Shown piece by piece: positions 39,201 through 45,900 of a stretch of 64,000 bases of DNA. Numbering within the stretch: the stretch's first letter is position 1; the number at the start of each line of letters is the position of its first letter. This DNA comes from a virus (lineage: Duplodnaviria > Caudoviricetes), in IMG/VR virus record IMGVR_UViG_3300030330_002183, positions 45,935 to 109,934 of that record; one strand, given 5' to 3'. The notes beneath the pieces were generated by a model. That model worked only from the letters and a program-made list of their open reading frames with translations, ran no database searches and had not been told where the DNA came from. Both the position numbers and the translations under genes were made by a program.

Positions 39201-39399
39201 CTTCATTAACAAAGTTATTATCAAACCTTGTTTCAAAATCTACTACACCTGTACCAGGACCATTTATATCTTTGTCCCATGTAGGTGTATTTAATGCTAA
39301 ATCTGAAGTTGTTTCAATTGGAAGATTGTTGGCACCAATATTAGCATCAACACTTTCATTAAATACAGATTCATTTACATTTTCATTTAAGTCTGCCAT
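24298..39399 (-). CDS. Giant virion-packaged two-barrel DNA-dependent RNA polymerase polyprotein (5033 aa), crAss-like
   Basis: FGVRIPSQ (27604-27618) and catalytic SGADFDIDK (27487-27501), downstream TDNAKE; zincin YHEAFH...EEYLAD (32701-32715); N-terminal Gly/Ala-rich hydrophobic segments. Confidence 0.9.
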   Translation of the reverse strand: MADLNENVNESVFNESVDANIGANNLPIETTSDLALNTPTWDKDINGPGTGVVDFETRFDNNFVNEDSFMGAIDIAIQSQPKFDDQPFLDMLDAHAIDMSKYPTQLPNSNINAPYPGISGDAFSPFENDTGKFNLNTAEGREAFLSSTQDVTAAQAEPNMTPEYMDPISYSSRKYELDRYYNHPRFKDLGFHPFADNDAYYNSNSSKWDNFTRSRAAFSSMFDDAFTSNYRAIGDWFSGDYSLSDLQGAQAMEDAMRIGRSSSGGTRGFVNDLYVNSAYTIGILSNILVEEVALALATAASGGGAGGAAAVRTGFNIKRGADAIKRLFTAKTYTSAATNLMTKLSKLDNAKAWYNAARTGTLATGRVMGRLLVPQTVQGFRRIAQSAKAGENMTNLAKGAIHFGNFYRDIRNVNLAWAESKMEGGVVEMELRDQLYKDIYHANKNNAPSIDELNMIAADARQGAFTAQMINFPIIYFSNRLSLGTAMRGFQPLANKTAQSLSSAWGGIFYGGAKKGFKDLGDDWLIGNVFRRMYQAGAAGTLRHSAVAGLKYSIANFAEGVQEIAQEATTVGVKAFYKDLYNMDMSADLDMQLAEMTLNYQDARKTFLGTNTLDRNPAIDIMAAVRRGVSSQYSTEGFKTFMSGFLMGGLVQGPQRFMFNTVPNIFKKGYSKYMKDGKWDEFVKQKREAREQLVKVLNEIHADPAKFFDKTKLNALQQKNFNQSMFASADAMDILSFFDSQDHAIFSALELAASTGKMPIFVNMLNDMKKMDDKSLKEAFAQTAPNSSADTLRKRLNKFTDRAKEVQKNYNEFNETFVNPFNPKKFDKGTREYQQEVIKKAAFEHARMMALYTKNTFETSLIRSKEIYERLANMDGLKSLNALDIDVLTDPTKLVKELALLEEELKKKGVTKEEKALLENKKKRFELLSKFQEILDAPENSIVSEGIQFQDIIGVDEEGKPIFGAKGEAGKTRTIGRFDRRKIKSSGLEKAFIDYVTFVAESKNELLEGKDLKNIIRDIIDHSYLKGRAGDYYRAHMTLMNPEYMDQYIERISDIMGDIYKEYTDKNNQTQRLEKYQNKKIRLEWLKALAAEDGVQPDPDETILFLERGIIPMRYFTEEGEVTQQSDPVLYKRIMSRIDDLKKSQSVETAESKDAQRQTTQAEETQSQEEDSSTEPDFESIVGRTKYQQFYQKDKNTQEIIDKLYAQYKSSYTVNDGPFMSLNQWAASVQGGKNIIKSRYELDQYYQNDESIDKTKYPTMDEWLKANQRNPLIVGTNGILTKNDLDFSDVSIEFAGKGTIAKDKLDATEEVVVSDDALGINLIKTTTINDQGQPEVVYTIVDAKGNNLYNKYSNLDPDGKYISEGYALLPKETTKGLEKRARKAYSWYKNNMSKSGVIKNFAGKKLNTNDIIKDSSGNLYIIKSTPKMVSTFKNLFIVPINNKDKKKGEDDRRFITETQFTQEGFEKVEQENVNLVGSLTTKVSQFQPIQIIPFNGIKVKPGFALHGKYDDINYNQDDNFEKLLKTISIDSKSKISFLIEKNPDYVEDQSNSKEYNVEAGYTANNQLRYGQNEYQITIMYNDKPIGIMTGLTNTLLFDIDGTKINGSKITPEQAERLFIKNRGQSAEELAASVRRNYTKAKLITQELKDKLGDAQSLFVDINDLNNVELNITPGYLGWRVNKNGKPVLRGGKTSSTAYEDLDSKTFSTKKGEYTIIYDTRKDSKGIRRATLVPSKNLEPGSREEQDIQLKIFNQLQKDGFNNIGELGMGRYVQFVTMDNGSIAYFEIKLDAISNEDGKQIVSDIKSIQEELISEVKDDKGKFKSKTDKFDPAELGDEASAKLNELNFYIQTAVPGTNVFLRFNKRGGLEIAVKTKDNKEVKDYLNAEDLNEISDLKGLAIIINNRINKSTDAKDQGVKLELNDQSFVPNLPRNLSDVSELQGIGLSANIIPGLRWGQRLDINYTNEDNIKDSMSNLNVDPKVESKPQPTTTTAQPTTQEIYNELLENNFENIPEEIIEGIRQKINDVGFDELEQIEKDIAIAYREQGGLDLSLAGNNSTIEGALEKNEDGVQAEYGNEDLAKKIARKEQELKEYKLKLRNQVINDLKKDNPGQTEGKYKLQARTFVKNNEQVKKLENEIAELKKGLIGKITLTNFDQRNVEEINNFIKWANDNLPEYIRIKDVDDLGRRLISKGITLGAFAIEVGKISKGIKDLSGTVYVGNQTGFRYHEAFHAVFRMMLSEAEIKRYLRAASDEVTSLMNSQKGYEIDNGTFVKSLLEARTYMRSLSETYSKMSNKELNDVIYEEYLADQFELFKENPSSAKVNTETKNFFQRLIQFIKDLFLSYSKGDLQGLFNDINSGKYKTAEIQNNRFTRTALEQINAPNSMAFAIRKGDPIQTTRLLPRSEDTEIFYINNYFSQQETELIVGTITARFFEKQEALTKSKDFDGKYNPQQLLASVIDEYIEEQNPAREENGELYYAEDLNDDQLDLLDERYEGLQKYKSDVVKSVSDFLNLFDTQIEDSEVILDRNHLSLDSSLKNDEDFEASANEIGGFKSLSKGIRVFFATRFKNVIDPITGKQVLAPVNYVNTYNTFMKALAGITDPNQMLARLKYFENENADTKAVIGDLLAKFNLSDYSAEDILAGNYNYEQVRSQGFFQSILKGFSQLRSDYYQLEVDKDAGIVNIFKSTSRDDASTQIDNWQDHYSVLVNKLNSNEAEKNKAASVFSRIEFYSNKDSITNAELEKVAREISQDIFNTVGMKLAPATVKFIILNEGVPNKTSEQRKFVKLFKPNTSTLFTIEDLQEIKSAISAHGKTEDGRSKANLYYDMTEEDIDDNDNESSTGTDVKFRIKKLAQLNAIFDSTVGATVFRNAEGKLIYAHQMPTYNLEKVAELNTEDALDEMLTNPFMTTNAMLKDPRFRDLVVSGKLRIARTSGVKYTSLEADDNGNYKANNKLGDNRNNKSFGSVSGAEFQALAINLYLSSFNNATGEVTETSYMDEVDGKKRSKSYVTTLNNITVISESNTADFVPLPVLMTVEYKAGKSTITEETIDKFEDAVIKAESERINRERFQKQGYTEDEVLGYNDSDSGRAYRLYNGKNLLSKSKAVVKKLNSLGVNQSIPVQKTLRNNIEALEPGSKQLVRMNPATVAKLNLRTGSEIYGSINTVGDKTLSQEKYLFTNLGVISSETYSIEELQDLLGSDMTTVKTNNNKYKVTLGDQDFYTRTKVLSNWLKGNTTENFITVEKPTPATQALLEATGVIEVTDATPTEQKDINDQVIDLLEKAANETENFTYEEAKAQIEADLGVSIRDLIKQRLEQEFDEHLTLLQNNKTLDFVDNRLLTRLKTSKGQTKGNAAKAMEKLNLIANNPDNHNLKQIFYNEWLNRTLFKQVLLSDPTKLFKDSVDEIKRAKALNAAGPSAQSFISAPYVFDSEGNIKSGLGVNHAVDHISLITFEDINVPARFGRIPTDDKPVTSTDAQMYYTSKAFRYLMFGIGSLTSAQARIMDKIDAGENISLAEFHGAGVSQAGYKSLGAIMNSKKFVYFDGEVFLKMSAFVLSKRLTSDPETNFETALPDSVELHNLRVAMESVEEKGIDTISVAVPASASKAVKKNIVPKNVILNPGFNLSDQGQYDDFINSGYVTDLSAKYMRLQQITPSNKGVVTDPTQIKQLITSEQDNNVIVKIGDKEMSLGEVRALYNKSLGDRVEIKYLQRRNLIFDFQKAQDELQDSIELGEVTVDLSAFLKYAHSSLMASGSSPQFMELFELDETGAQKYDLNNPITQNKFQQLFLAFFSKGQLSEKITGESFALVSNFGKKFYKKVLAIDPETGQPSRWEVIRREDYLKNRQELAKTDYDNKDERTFSGLKVGDIYLDELRMNVKEYDKDGNETGLTYSETAMPAWDPRLSRVKSNQPLPDVVAKMFGVRIPSQDKHSAINLKVVDFLPVEYGSSAMFPTELVEISGADFDIDKLYTHMKEFYVKDGEFIEYGATDNVNQQYQEYLDYMVADARKKGTSMNYALDLWKSRGRITDPATVNDLSLPSEGIIGALKILSLPVTKQEFVEYKEKYKQKIGDKVFYRLPYTAAQSNQVLDLKYAMLGNVGMTEGRFDRPVGAAYEPAVLDPVEEVWNEIEETLPELADLVTEEGVIIESPVGMYRSWVNNKAGAGAIGAAVLPNIIVNILKEYNVNLRPTNGRGMSISGGTIEINGYNYNTFSGDYIIDPATQKPLISGDRKQFIISALVTAATDNAKERLLGKLGLNKNALALTVGLLSLGVDLKTAIMLINQPTIRDIYARVDAGEGSVGRLLTRAMNDLESLNDDAKMLAQDTVVTTDMLVDEIKSPDSADNIEKLAILQLFKNALNLSNKLQALQVLSTNTSFDFTSIEDINFAYQKMNEVGVFMNDKTFDRDTTIPFDARFLFNKDKTFQGRYAAILDNLKQAMPAVFVTMSPTFDKFRNVTKANLPYVQTEKIDKDLLSFFIIKAYMKALNDKGNARLNVSLENGFIYDEYAGPITINTVFDNIKTVLAKQKKSNAFMEFISKRDTKNPVNKAMINMVTSNTWTNISAGQVTNLQNGLRDLYAMPELREDVRHLIHYLILKDGLTYARDTFIDLIPVPLLDDILNVSGNVTDLFNNEDISNGQFVQLFGETRDELLREWVEGYSNSRGNIYFLNEVKRTVGRNQVTSQVVPFKEGQKTKRNRKPILLEQQEDESWTIEFNANHKESYSKKESRKKGKYQNLDFVVDARREKNTRSIKRATNFNSIQVEVTTKAGTKKMDLIGFPQEIKMDVSTSKKIPGSRAKKDVRTFVLKYLYTPKEFGNYSDTINFAEENIAYGLKAVYEEIKTKGSMQQYDAGFIHGDRSTYEYLQEKKENRDSAVDTNESAMDKIAASQSKDPIGMGMKGVVINATDKSMSISKEDLEAIKAETKKDREKSNLEKIQEMSENNTDQLNENINVNIAGNSIKVQVKEDPNADYSTIETEWTNLTADQKKEISDRQNIGSAESAIARYKTANAIVPLTQEEFMERLKKCK

Positions 39400-39409
39400 G
39401 TTAATTTTA

Positions 39410-42400
39410 TTATTGAGCTGATTGTTGTTTTTGTTTTTGTATTGCTACATTTTGGTTTGCAATAATATTTAATCTTTCTACCAAATCAATTCTTAAAGCA
39501 TCTAAATCTTTTGGATCAACAATTCTATTAAGAGGAGTAACAGTTGATTTATCTGGAACAATATCACCATTTTCATCTACACCATAAGTAAACATTTCTT
39601 GCATATACATTCCTTGTGAATTAGGATAAATAACATAATGACCACCATTCATAATAAATGGACTTTCATATTTACCTTCTTGTTTAATAATAGTTTCTAC
39701 TGTATTTATCACTTGATTCTTGCTAGCATAAGGATTATTGTCACGGTCAGATGAATACATAATTGTAAAACCTTTATTTACTTTTTCAAACATATCATCA
39801 CTCATAGTTCCTTTTCTTTGGTTTAAAAACTCTGGTGAAAATTGTATGTATCTTGCTGCTACTCTTTCATTGTCTGGTTGATCCATACCACCAGCTTTTT
39901 CTACATATGTATCAGTTATAAAAAATCTAGCATCTGATTTATCAGTTAGCCCCATTCCTTTTCTAAAGTCATTAAATGAATTTAGTATAAACTCTCTTGC
40001 TTCTGCATCTTGTGGTTGATCTTCAAATGTTTCTGCTCTAGTATCACCAAAACTAATTCTAAGATCTGCTTTAGGTGTACTGTATATTACGTTAGTTAAA
40101 TCTCTAAACTGTGCAATACTTTGTTCATTAGGTGCTGCTACATCAAATGAACTAACATATTGATTAAACATTATTTGATCTCCATATTCAGTTTGACCTA
40201 AATTAAAAGCACGTCTATCAAAATTTAATTCTAAATCTCCTGCACTAGCACGTGTTTCAAGAGTCTCCATATTTTCTTTTTGTTTTTCATATAGGTCTCT
40301 TCCTTTTTCTAATGCTTTCTCACGGTCAAATTCAGGTCTTACAGGCATATCATCTACAAACGCATATGATTGACCTGGTTCAACATATGCTTTAAAATCC
40401 CAAAAATCATATCTTAAATACTCTTTGTCATTATTATACCAAGGCTGTTTATCTCTCATTAAAAAAGGATAATCATCTTTTTCTTCATTCTGAGTTGTAC
40501 TAAATTTAACAAAAAATTGAGTTCTGTCTGCTTCTGTACCATACATCATGTCAGCAAACATATTTGCATATTCTTCTTTAGATAAAAGTCTTTGCATAGG
40601 TCTACCTTTTCCATCTGTATAAGTATTAAGACCCATAGTTCTTGAAAGATTACTAATAACCCCTTCTCTTACATGAGAAGCCATATTATTAATTTCACTA
40701 GGTAATAACCCCGCTTTATAAAGTGCTGCTTCTTCATCTGATACAACAATAGCTGGTATTTCTTGATACCATTCACCATCATCATCTTTTCCTGCATCAC
40801 CACTATCTGCAGATAAGTTACCTTGTTGTAATTCTAACTGCTGATAATAATTTTTAATGTTAGTTAAAATTTTATTTTGTTCATCATCTGCTTTATTAAT
40901 TCTTGCAGTAATGTCATTAATTTTTTGTATTTGATTACCAATAAGTTTAGATGCATTAGCATCCATAGTATTTGGAAAAGACATACTTTCAACAGATCCG
41001 TTGTTTAATGTTACATAACCAGTATCATTTACATCTTCAGGATTAGTTATAGTTAATATATCCATTAAATTATTTGTGATTCTATCTAACTCTTGTAGAT
41101 TAGCTTGACTATGTTTTTCTAAAGATTTTCTAATTTCATCTTTACTAGCTTTAGTTGATCCTGTTTGAGATTCATACATTTGATCTATCATCTCATCATC
41201 ATAATATACTGGATCTAAATCTCTAAACATTTCAGATATATTAGCTACTTTTTCTTGACCATTAGGATATTGATCATTATATACAGTATATTTATATTGA
41301 CCACCACCTTGATAACCTGCTACACCTTGCAAGTCACTATTTAAATACATATCAGCTAAATCAAATAATTCTCTAGTTGCATCTGTCCTTGTTTTATATT
41401 GTTGATTTTGCAATCTATCATTTTCAATTGTTTGATTATATGCACCTAATGGAGAACCACTAACAGCTGCATCACCAGCTGTTGGCTGAACACCAGGGAA
41501 AAGACTATTTGGATCAAAAGCAGGTTGATTTTTTAATCTTTCTAGCTCACTATCATAAATAAATTTTTGATACATTTTATTCATATCATATTTATGTTGA
41601 GCAGCCATCCTGTTCAATGCAAACTGATGTTGTCTTTCTAATTGTTTAAAAGGATTTGCTTTTAATGTTCTCTCAGCACCAACAAGACTATAAGCTTTTG
41701 CAGCTGACATCATCTTAGGTGCCATATTACCACCCATGTATGCACTATATGCAATATTCATTAATTGATTTTGATCACTTGCAGGAGCTTTAACTTCTTT
41801 TAATCTTTGTTCTGTTGCTTCTTTATTAGCTTTTGCAATATTTAAATTATACTCACTTAATAACATTGCCTCTTCTTTTGATGAACCAGGTACAATATTA
41901 TTTTTTCTTTTATATTCTTTCCAGTTATTATTAGAAACTATTGCTTTTTGATAAACAGCGGTATCTTCTACAAGCTTTTTAGTTTCTTCATTACCGTATT
42001 TTTCAATAGTCTCTTTTGCCCATGCAGCTTCTGCTTGTTCTCTTCCACCATACTGTTCAGCATTTTCTTTTCCAAAGTTATATGCATTAACCTGTGCTTC
42101 TAACATATATGCTGCACGTACAGAAGGATCTTTCATAACAGTATTAGCTAAATACTCAGCTGCAGGGTTTGTTACTATTGGAATTGGTTGTTTATTATCA
42201 TCATAAATTAAAGCACCATTCTCATCTCTTTTGTATCCTGTTACATGATTAGTTAAAGCAGTTCCATTTTTAGTAGTAACAATCCAATCTCCTTCAAGCG
42301 TAGTTTGTTTAATTTCTAAACCACTGTCTTTTAATGCATCAAATGATTTTTGATATAGATTTGGATTTCCAATGTATTTAGGCATACCTGCACCCATAGC

Positions 42401-42868
42401 TTGTTCTGGTGTACCATCCCTAAATTTTTCCATTTGCATTTGCAAACCTTGCACACCTACATCCCAATATGCATCAGAGTTAGGATCAGTTCTTAATCTT
42501 TCTGCTGTTTGCATTTGTTTTTGATAAGACTTGGTAAAAGCCATATCCTTTATAAGTGCCTTATCTTCAAAAAAAGGTTTAAATACACCTTTAGCTACAT
42601 CTACATTTTGCTGTAGTGATAAATCTAATCCAGATACTTGTTTTAATCCATTACTAATCTTATTAGAATACTGCTCACGTCTTTGCTTATTATCTTCTCT
42701 AGTCAAAGGAGCATATACAACTTTACTATATAGATTGTTTAATGATTTAAAGTTTGTGTCATACCTATCCTGTCTAACTGATAATACATCAGATAGAAAC
42801 TTATAGTCTGGCTTGAATGGCTCCAAGACAGGTATATAATCCGTTACTCCTTTTATATAAGTTGCCAT
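39410..42868 (-). CDS. Putative virion/cargo protein (1152 aa)
   Basis: Large helical protein in the virion gene block directly upstream of the RNAP; no catalytic motif recognized. Confidence 0.6.
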   Translation of the reverse strand: MATYIKGVTDYIPVLEPFKPDYKFLSDVLSVRQDRYDTNFKSLNNLYSKVVYAPLTREDNKQRREQYSNKISNGLKQVSGLDLSLQQNVDVAKGVFKPFFEDKALIKDMAFTKSYQKQMQTAERLRTDPNSDAYWDVGVQGLQMQMEKFRDGTPEQAMGAGMPKYIGNPNLYQKSFDALKDSGLEIKQTTLEGDWIVTTKNGTALTNHVTGYKRDENGALIYDDNKQPIPIVTNPAAEYLANTVMKDPSVRAAYMLEAQVNAYNFGKENAEQYGGREQAEAAWAKETIEKYGNEETKKLVEDTAVYQKAIVSNNNWKEYKRKNNIVPGSSKEEAMLLSEYNLNIAKANKEATEQRLKEVKAPASDQNQLMNIAYSAYMGGNMAPKMMSAAKAYSLVGAERTLKANPFKQLERQHQFALNRMAAQHKYDMNKMYQKFIYDSELERLKNQPAFDPNSLFPGVQPTAGDAAVSGSPLGAYNQTIENDRLQNQQYKTRTDATRELFDLADMYLNSDLQGVAGYQGGGQYKYTVYNDQYPNGQEKVANISEMFRDLDPVYYDDEMIDQMYESQTGSTKASKDEIRKSLEKHSQANLQELDRITNNLMDILTITNPEDVNDTGYVTLNNGSVESMSFPNTMDANASKLIGNQIQKINDITARINKADDEQNKILTNIKNYYQQLELQQGNLSADSGDAGKDDDGEWYQEIPAIVVSDEEAALYKAGLLPSEINNMASHVREGVISNLSRTMGLNTYTDGKGRPMQRLLSKEEYANMFADMMYGTEADRTQFFVKFSTTQNEEKDDYPFLMRDKQPWYNNDKEYLRYDFWDFKAYVEPGQSYAFVDDMPVRPEFDREKALEKGRDLYEKQKENMETLETRASAGDLELNFDRRAFNLGQTEYGDQIMFNQYVSSFDVAAPNEQSIAQFRDLTNVIYSTPKADLRISFGDTRAETFEDQPQDAEAREFILNSFNDFRKGMGLTDKSDARFFITDTYVEKAGGMDQPDNERVAARYIQFSPEFLNQRKGTMSDDMFEKVNKGFTIMYSSDRDNNPYASKNQVINTVETIIKQEGKYESPFIMNGGHYVIYPNSQGMYMQEMFTYGVDENGDIVPDKSTVTPLNRIVDPKDLDALRIDLVERLNIIANQNVAIQKQKQQSAQ

Positions 42869-42872
42869 ATTA

Positions 42873-42885
42873 CAAAGATACTAAA
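42873..42885 (-). promoter_or_regulatory. Promoter candidate TTTAGTATCTTTG (TAnnTTTG core)
   Basis: Intergenic, 4 nt before the ATG at 42868; resembles both the host -7 element and the GTATATTAT motif; no clear -33 TTG. Confidence 0.35.
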
Positions 42886-42930
42886 TTTTTATAGTTTGTC
42901 ATATTTATCATAATACACTTTTAAAGTTTA

Positions 42931-45900
42931 TTATTTTCCAAATGGAAGAAAAAAGTTTCTTAATTCTGCACCTGATCTTAATATTCTCATTTCTTTTCCT
43001 GTTCTTGCACCACCTTGATAACCTGCATTAGTAATAACATCAGTTAACTGTTGTCCAGTAGTTGTTTGCCCTGCTTTAGAATTATCTGGCATTTCAAAAT
43101 CTGGGAATCCATCATAAGTTTGAAATGTTTTAAAATATTCATCTCTTGCTGCAGCATATTCTCCTATAGCAGTCTTAGGATCTGTATAGTTAGGATCAGC
43201 ATAAAAAGCTTTAGGATCTGTAATATTAATTATACCTCCTGTAGAAGGATCAATATCAAACTGAGGATAAATACTATTTAAGTTAGCTGTATTTGCTCTA
43301 TTAGTATAAGCATTTTGTAATTGCTGTGTAATAGCTGCATTTGCTTTTCTTAATGCATTATCATAATTCTCTTCTACCAATACAGTGTTATCATATAACT
43401 GTTTCTTCTCATTATTATTAAGCATTTGAGTTTTATATTCTAACTCAGCATTCTTAATATTCATTTGATTAGCAACAGTGACATTGTCAGATTGTACCTG
43501 ATTAATTGCATTTGCTATAGCTTTATTTGCTTCACCTTGTGCAGCTAATGCAGCAGCCATTCCTCTACCTGCTCCAGATCCAAATGATTTAGCTACTTCT
43601 GCAGCTTGTGCAGCTTGTTCACCTATTGCAGCAATCTCTCTTGTTGGATCTTTAAATACAGCGTCAATTTCTGGTTGATTATAGAATGGAGACCAAGGAT
43701 ACCTTTTTTGTAAACTTAACTTAGCATCTCTTGCATTAGCCAATCCTAATTCATCTTGTAACCAGAATGGTGTATCTTTTGGTGTTGGCTCTGTTTGTGG
43801 TGTAATATTTATTTGTTTATCACACTCACAACCTGATGCAGGTGTTGTAACAGAACCATTTTCATCTGTTACTGCTGGTGTATATGGTGTCCATGTTCCG
43901 CCAGCTTCTGTACAAGCTGCTTCCATTTCTGCTGCATTTGAACAAGGTACAGCTTCTACTGCAGGTGTAACATTTACATTACCCTGTAACTCTCTATTAG
44001 TTGTATTACCATAAAAACCATCATCTCCAGATATAGAAAATGTCTGACCATTTAATGTTATTGTTTGATCATCTACTCCTGTTGCATAAAGCTGTTGTTT
44101 ATCATTATCATCTAATTCTAAAATTTTACCTCCAATAAAACCAGCTTGCATATGAGAAACCATGTCTTCATCAAAAGCTTCCATACCTGCTTCATCCATG
44201 GCTTGTTTATATCTCCAGTTAGGATCTTTTTTATCTGTTCCTTTTTTCCACTTTTTACCGTCTATAGTTACACAACCTTTATCATTTGGTCCACATGGTG
44301 TGTATTCATATAATCTATCCCAACCTGGATTACTTAAATCTTCTTGAGATAAGTTTTCATTCATCCATCTATTTTGTTGTTGGAATTTAATATAATTTTC
44401 TATAAACTCTTCTTTAGATAAAACATTTTTAGGACCTTTCTTTTTTGCTTTTCTATAATTTACATACTCATTATAAAATGCATCTTGGTATTCTGGATCA
44501 TTTTTTAAATTTTCTATCCAATCTACATTACCACTATCTGTATATGTAATAACTTCTTCTGACCCTTCTGTATCAACACGCATAGAGTTAATCTCATCCA
44601 TTACCTTTTGTGCTTCCTCATTTTTAGCATATGTAAATAATGCTGCAAATTTTTCAGGATTTCTTCTTTTTAATTTTTTTAAATCTTTTGCAGTATATTC
44701 TGTTCCATCAGGACCAGTCATTACAACATCACCACCTCTTTTAAATTGTGGTTCCCCACCATTTAAAAATGACCATTGTGATCCTACATAATAAGGGCTA
44801 TCAGCATTTACATAATCTAAAGGTATTCCTGCAGCTCTTCCTGTATTTGTCATTATATCTGATTCGTCATCATTAGGAACTCTAAAGTTTGTATTATTTA
44901 CATAACCAGATGGTGTATCATCATTTGGAGGTGTTTGTGTAATATTATAAACATTAGTTACTCTATCAGATGAAGAATTATTATCATTGTTATTGTTGTT
45001 AGAATAATCTGGTAATTCACCATAAATTTCTTCATATGCTTTTGAATAATTTACATCTGGTTCATTTGGTGCTGTTCCACCTTGCTCAATATGGTTTTTC
45101 CAAAACTCTACAGTTTCTTCATCAATAACTTGACTATTTTGTGATGCACCAAGCATCATCATTTGTTCTTCTATAGATGGAGGTTGATACGCGGCTGCAA
45201 ACTGATTCATTTGATTAGTCATAGTATTATTATACTCTTCCATTAATTTTAATTGTTCAGCTTGATACTGTTCAAATAACTGTTCTTGATTTGGTACAAT
45301 AGGACTATTAAGAATTTGAGGAGCACTCCTTGCTCCTGGAGTTTCTGGTGTAGGATTATTTTTTTGATACTCTTTTACTCGCATATTATTCATTATATCA
45401 AACTTAATATCCATACCGCCAAATGCTTTAGGTAACTCAGCACCATATCTTGTTACTAACTTCATTTCTTCTGCATCATCTTGTGTATTAAGATTTTGAG
45501 TCATATTTGTACTTTTTTCAGCAGAAGGAGTAAATGCATCTACAACACCAGTTATATTACTATCTCCATCTATTGTATCTTTAATCTCAGTTTTAACTCC
45601 ACTCTTTATTGTACCTTTAGCTAAGTTTTTAGCATTTTCTTTTACAGCAGCTTTTGTTAATCCTGTTACAGTTTTTCCGCCTGGGATTGAAGATAACACA
45701 ACTCCTGTAGTTGCTTTCATTAATTCTTTATTTGCTGTATCATAATCACCTTTTGAATAAGCAATACCTGCATCTATCCCATCAATAGCTGCACTTGTAT
45801 AACCACCAATCTGACTTACACCAGGAATACCTGTCATAGCTGCATAATCTGCGTACTTCTGCACTGTCTCACTATGATCTTGATATGTTTCTGTTGTAGA

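Noticed and set aside
24298-42868. Isolated GG dipeptides in the RNAP and 1152-aa proteins (e.g. NKRGG, LRGG, YQGGG) as members of the repeated motif
   Set aside because: They lack the LPK[A/Y]Q half and are not clearly at domain boundaries; cannot be told from background by eye.
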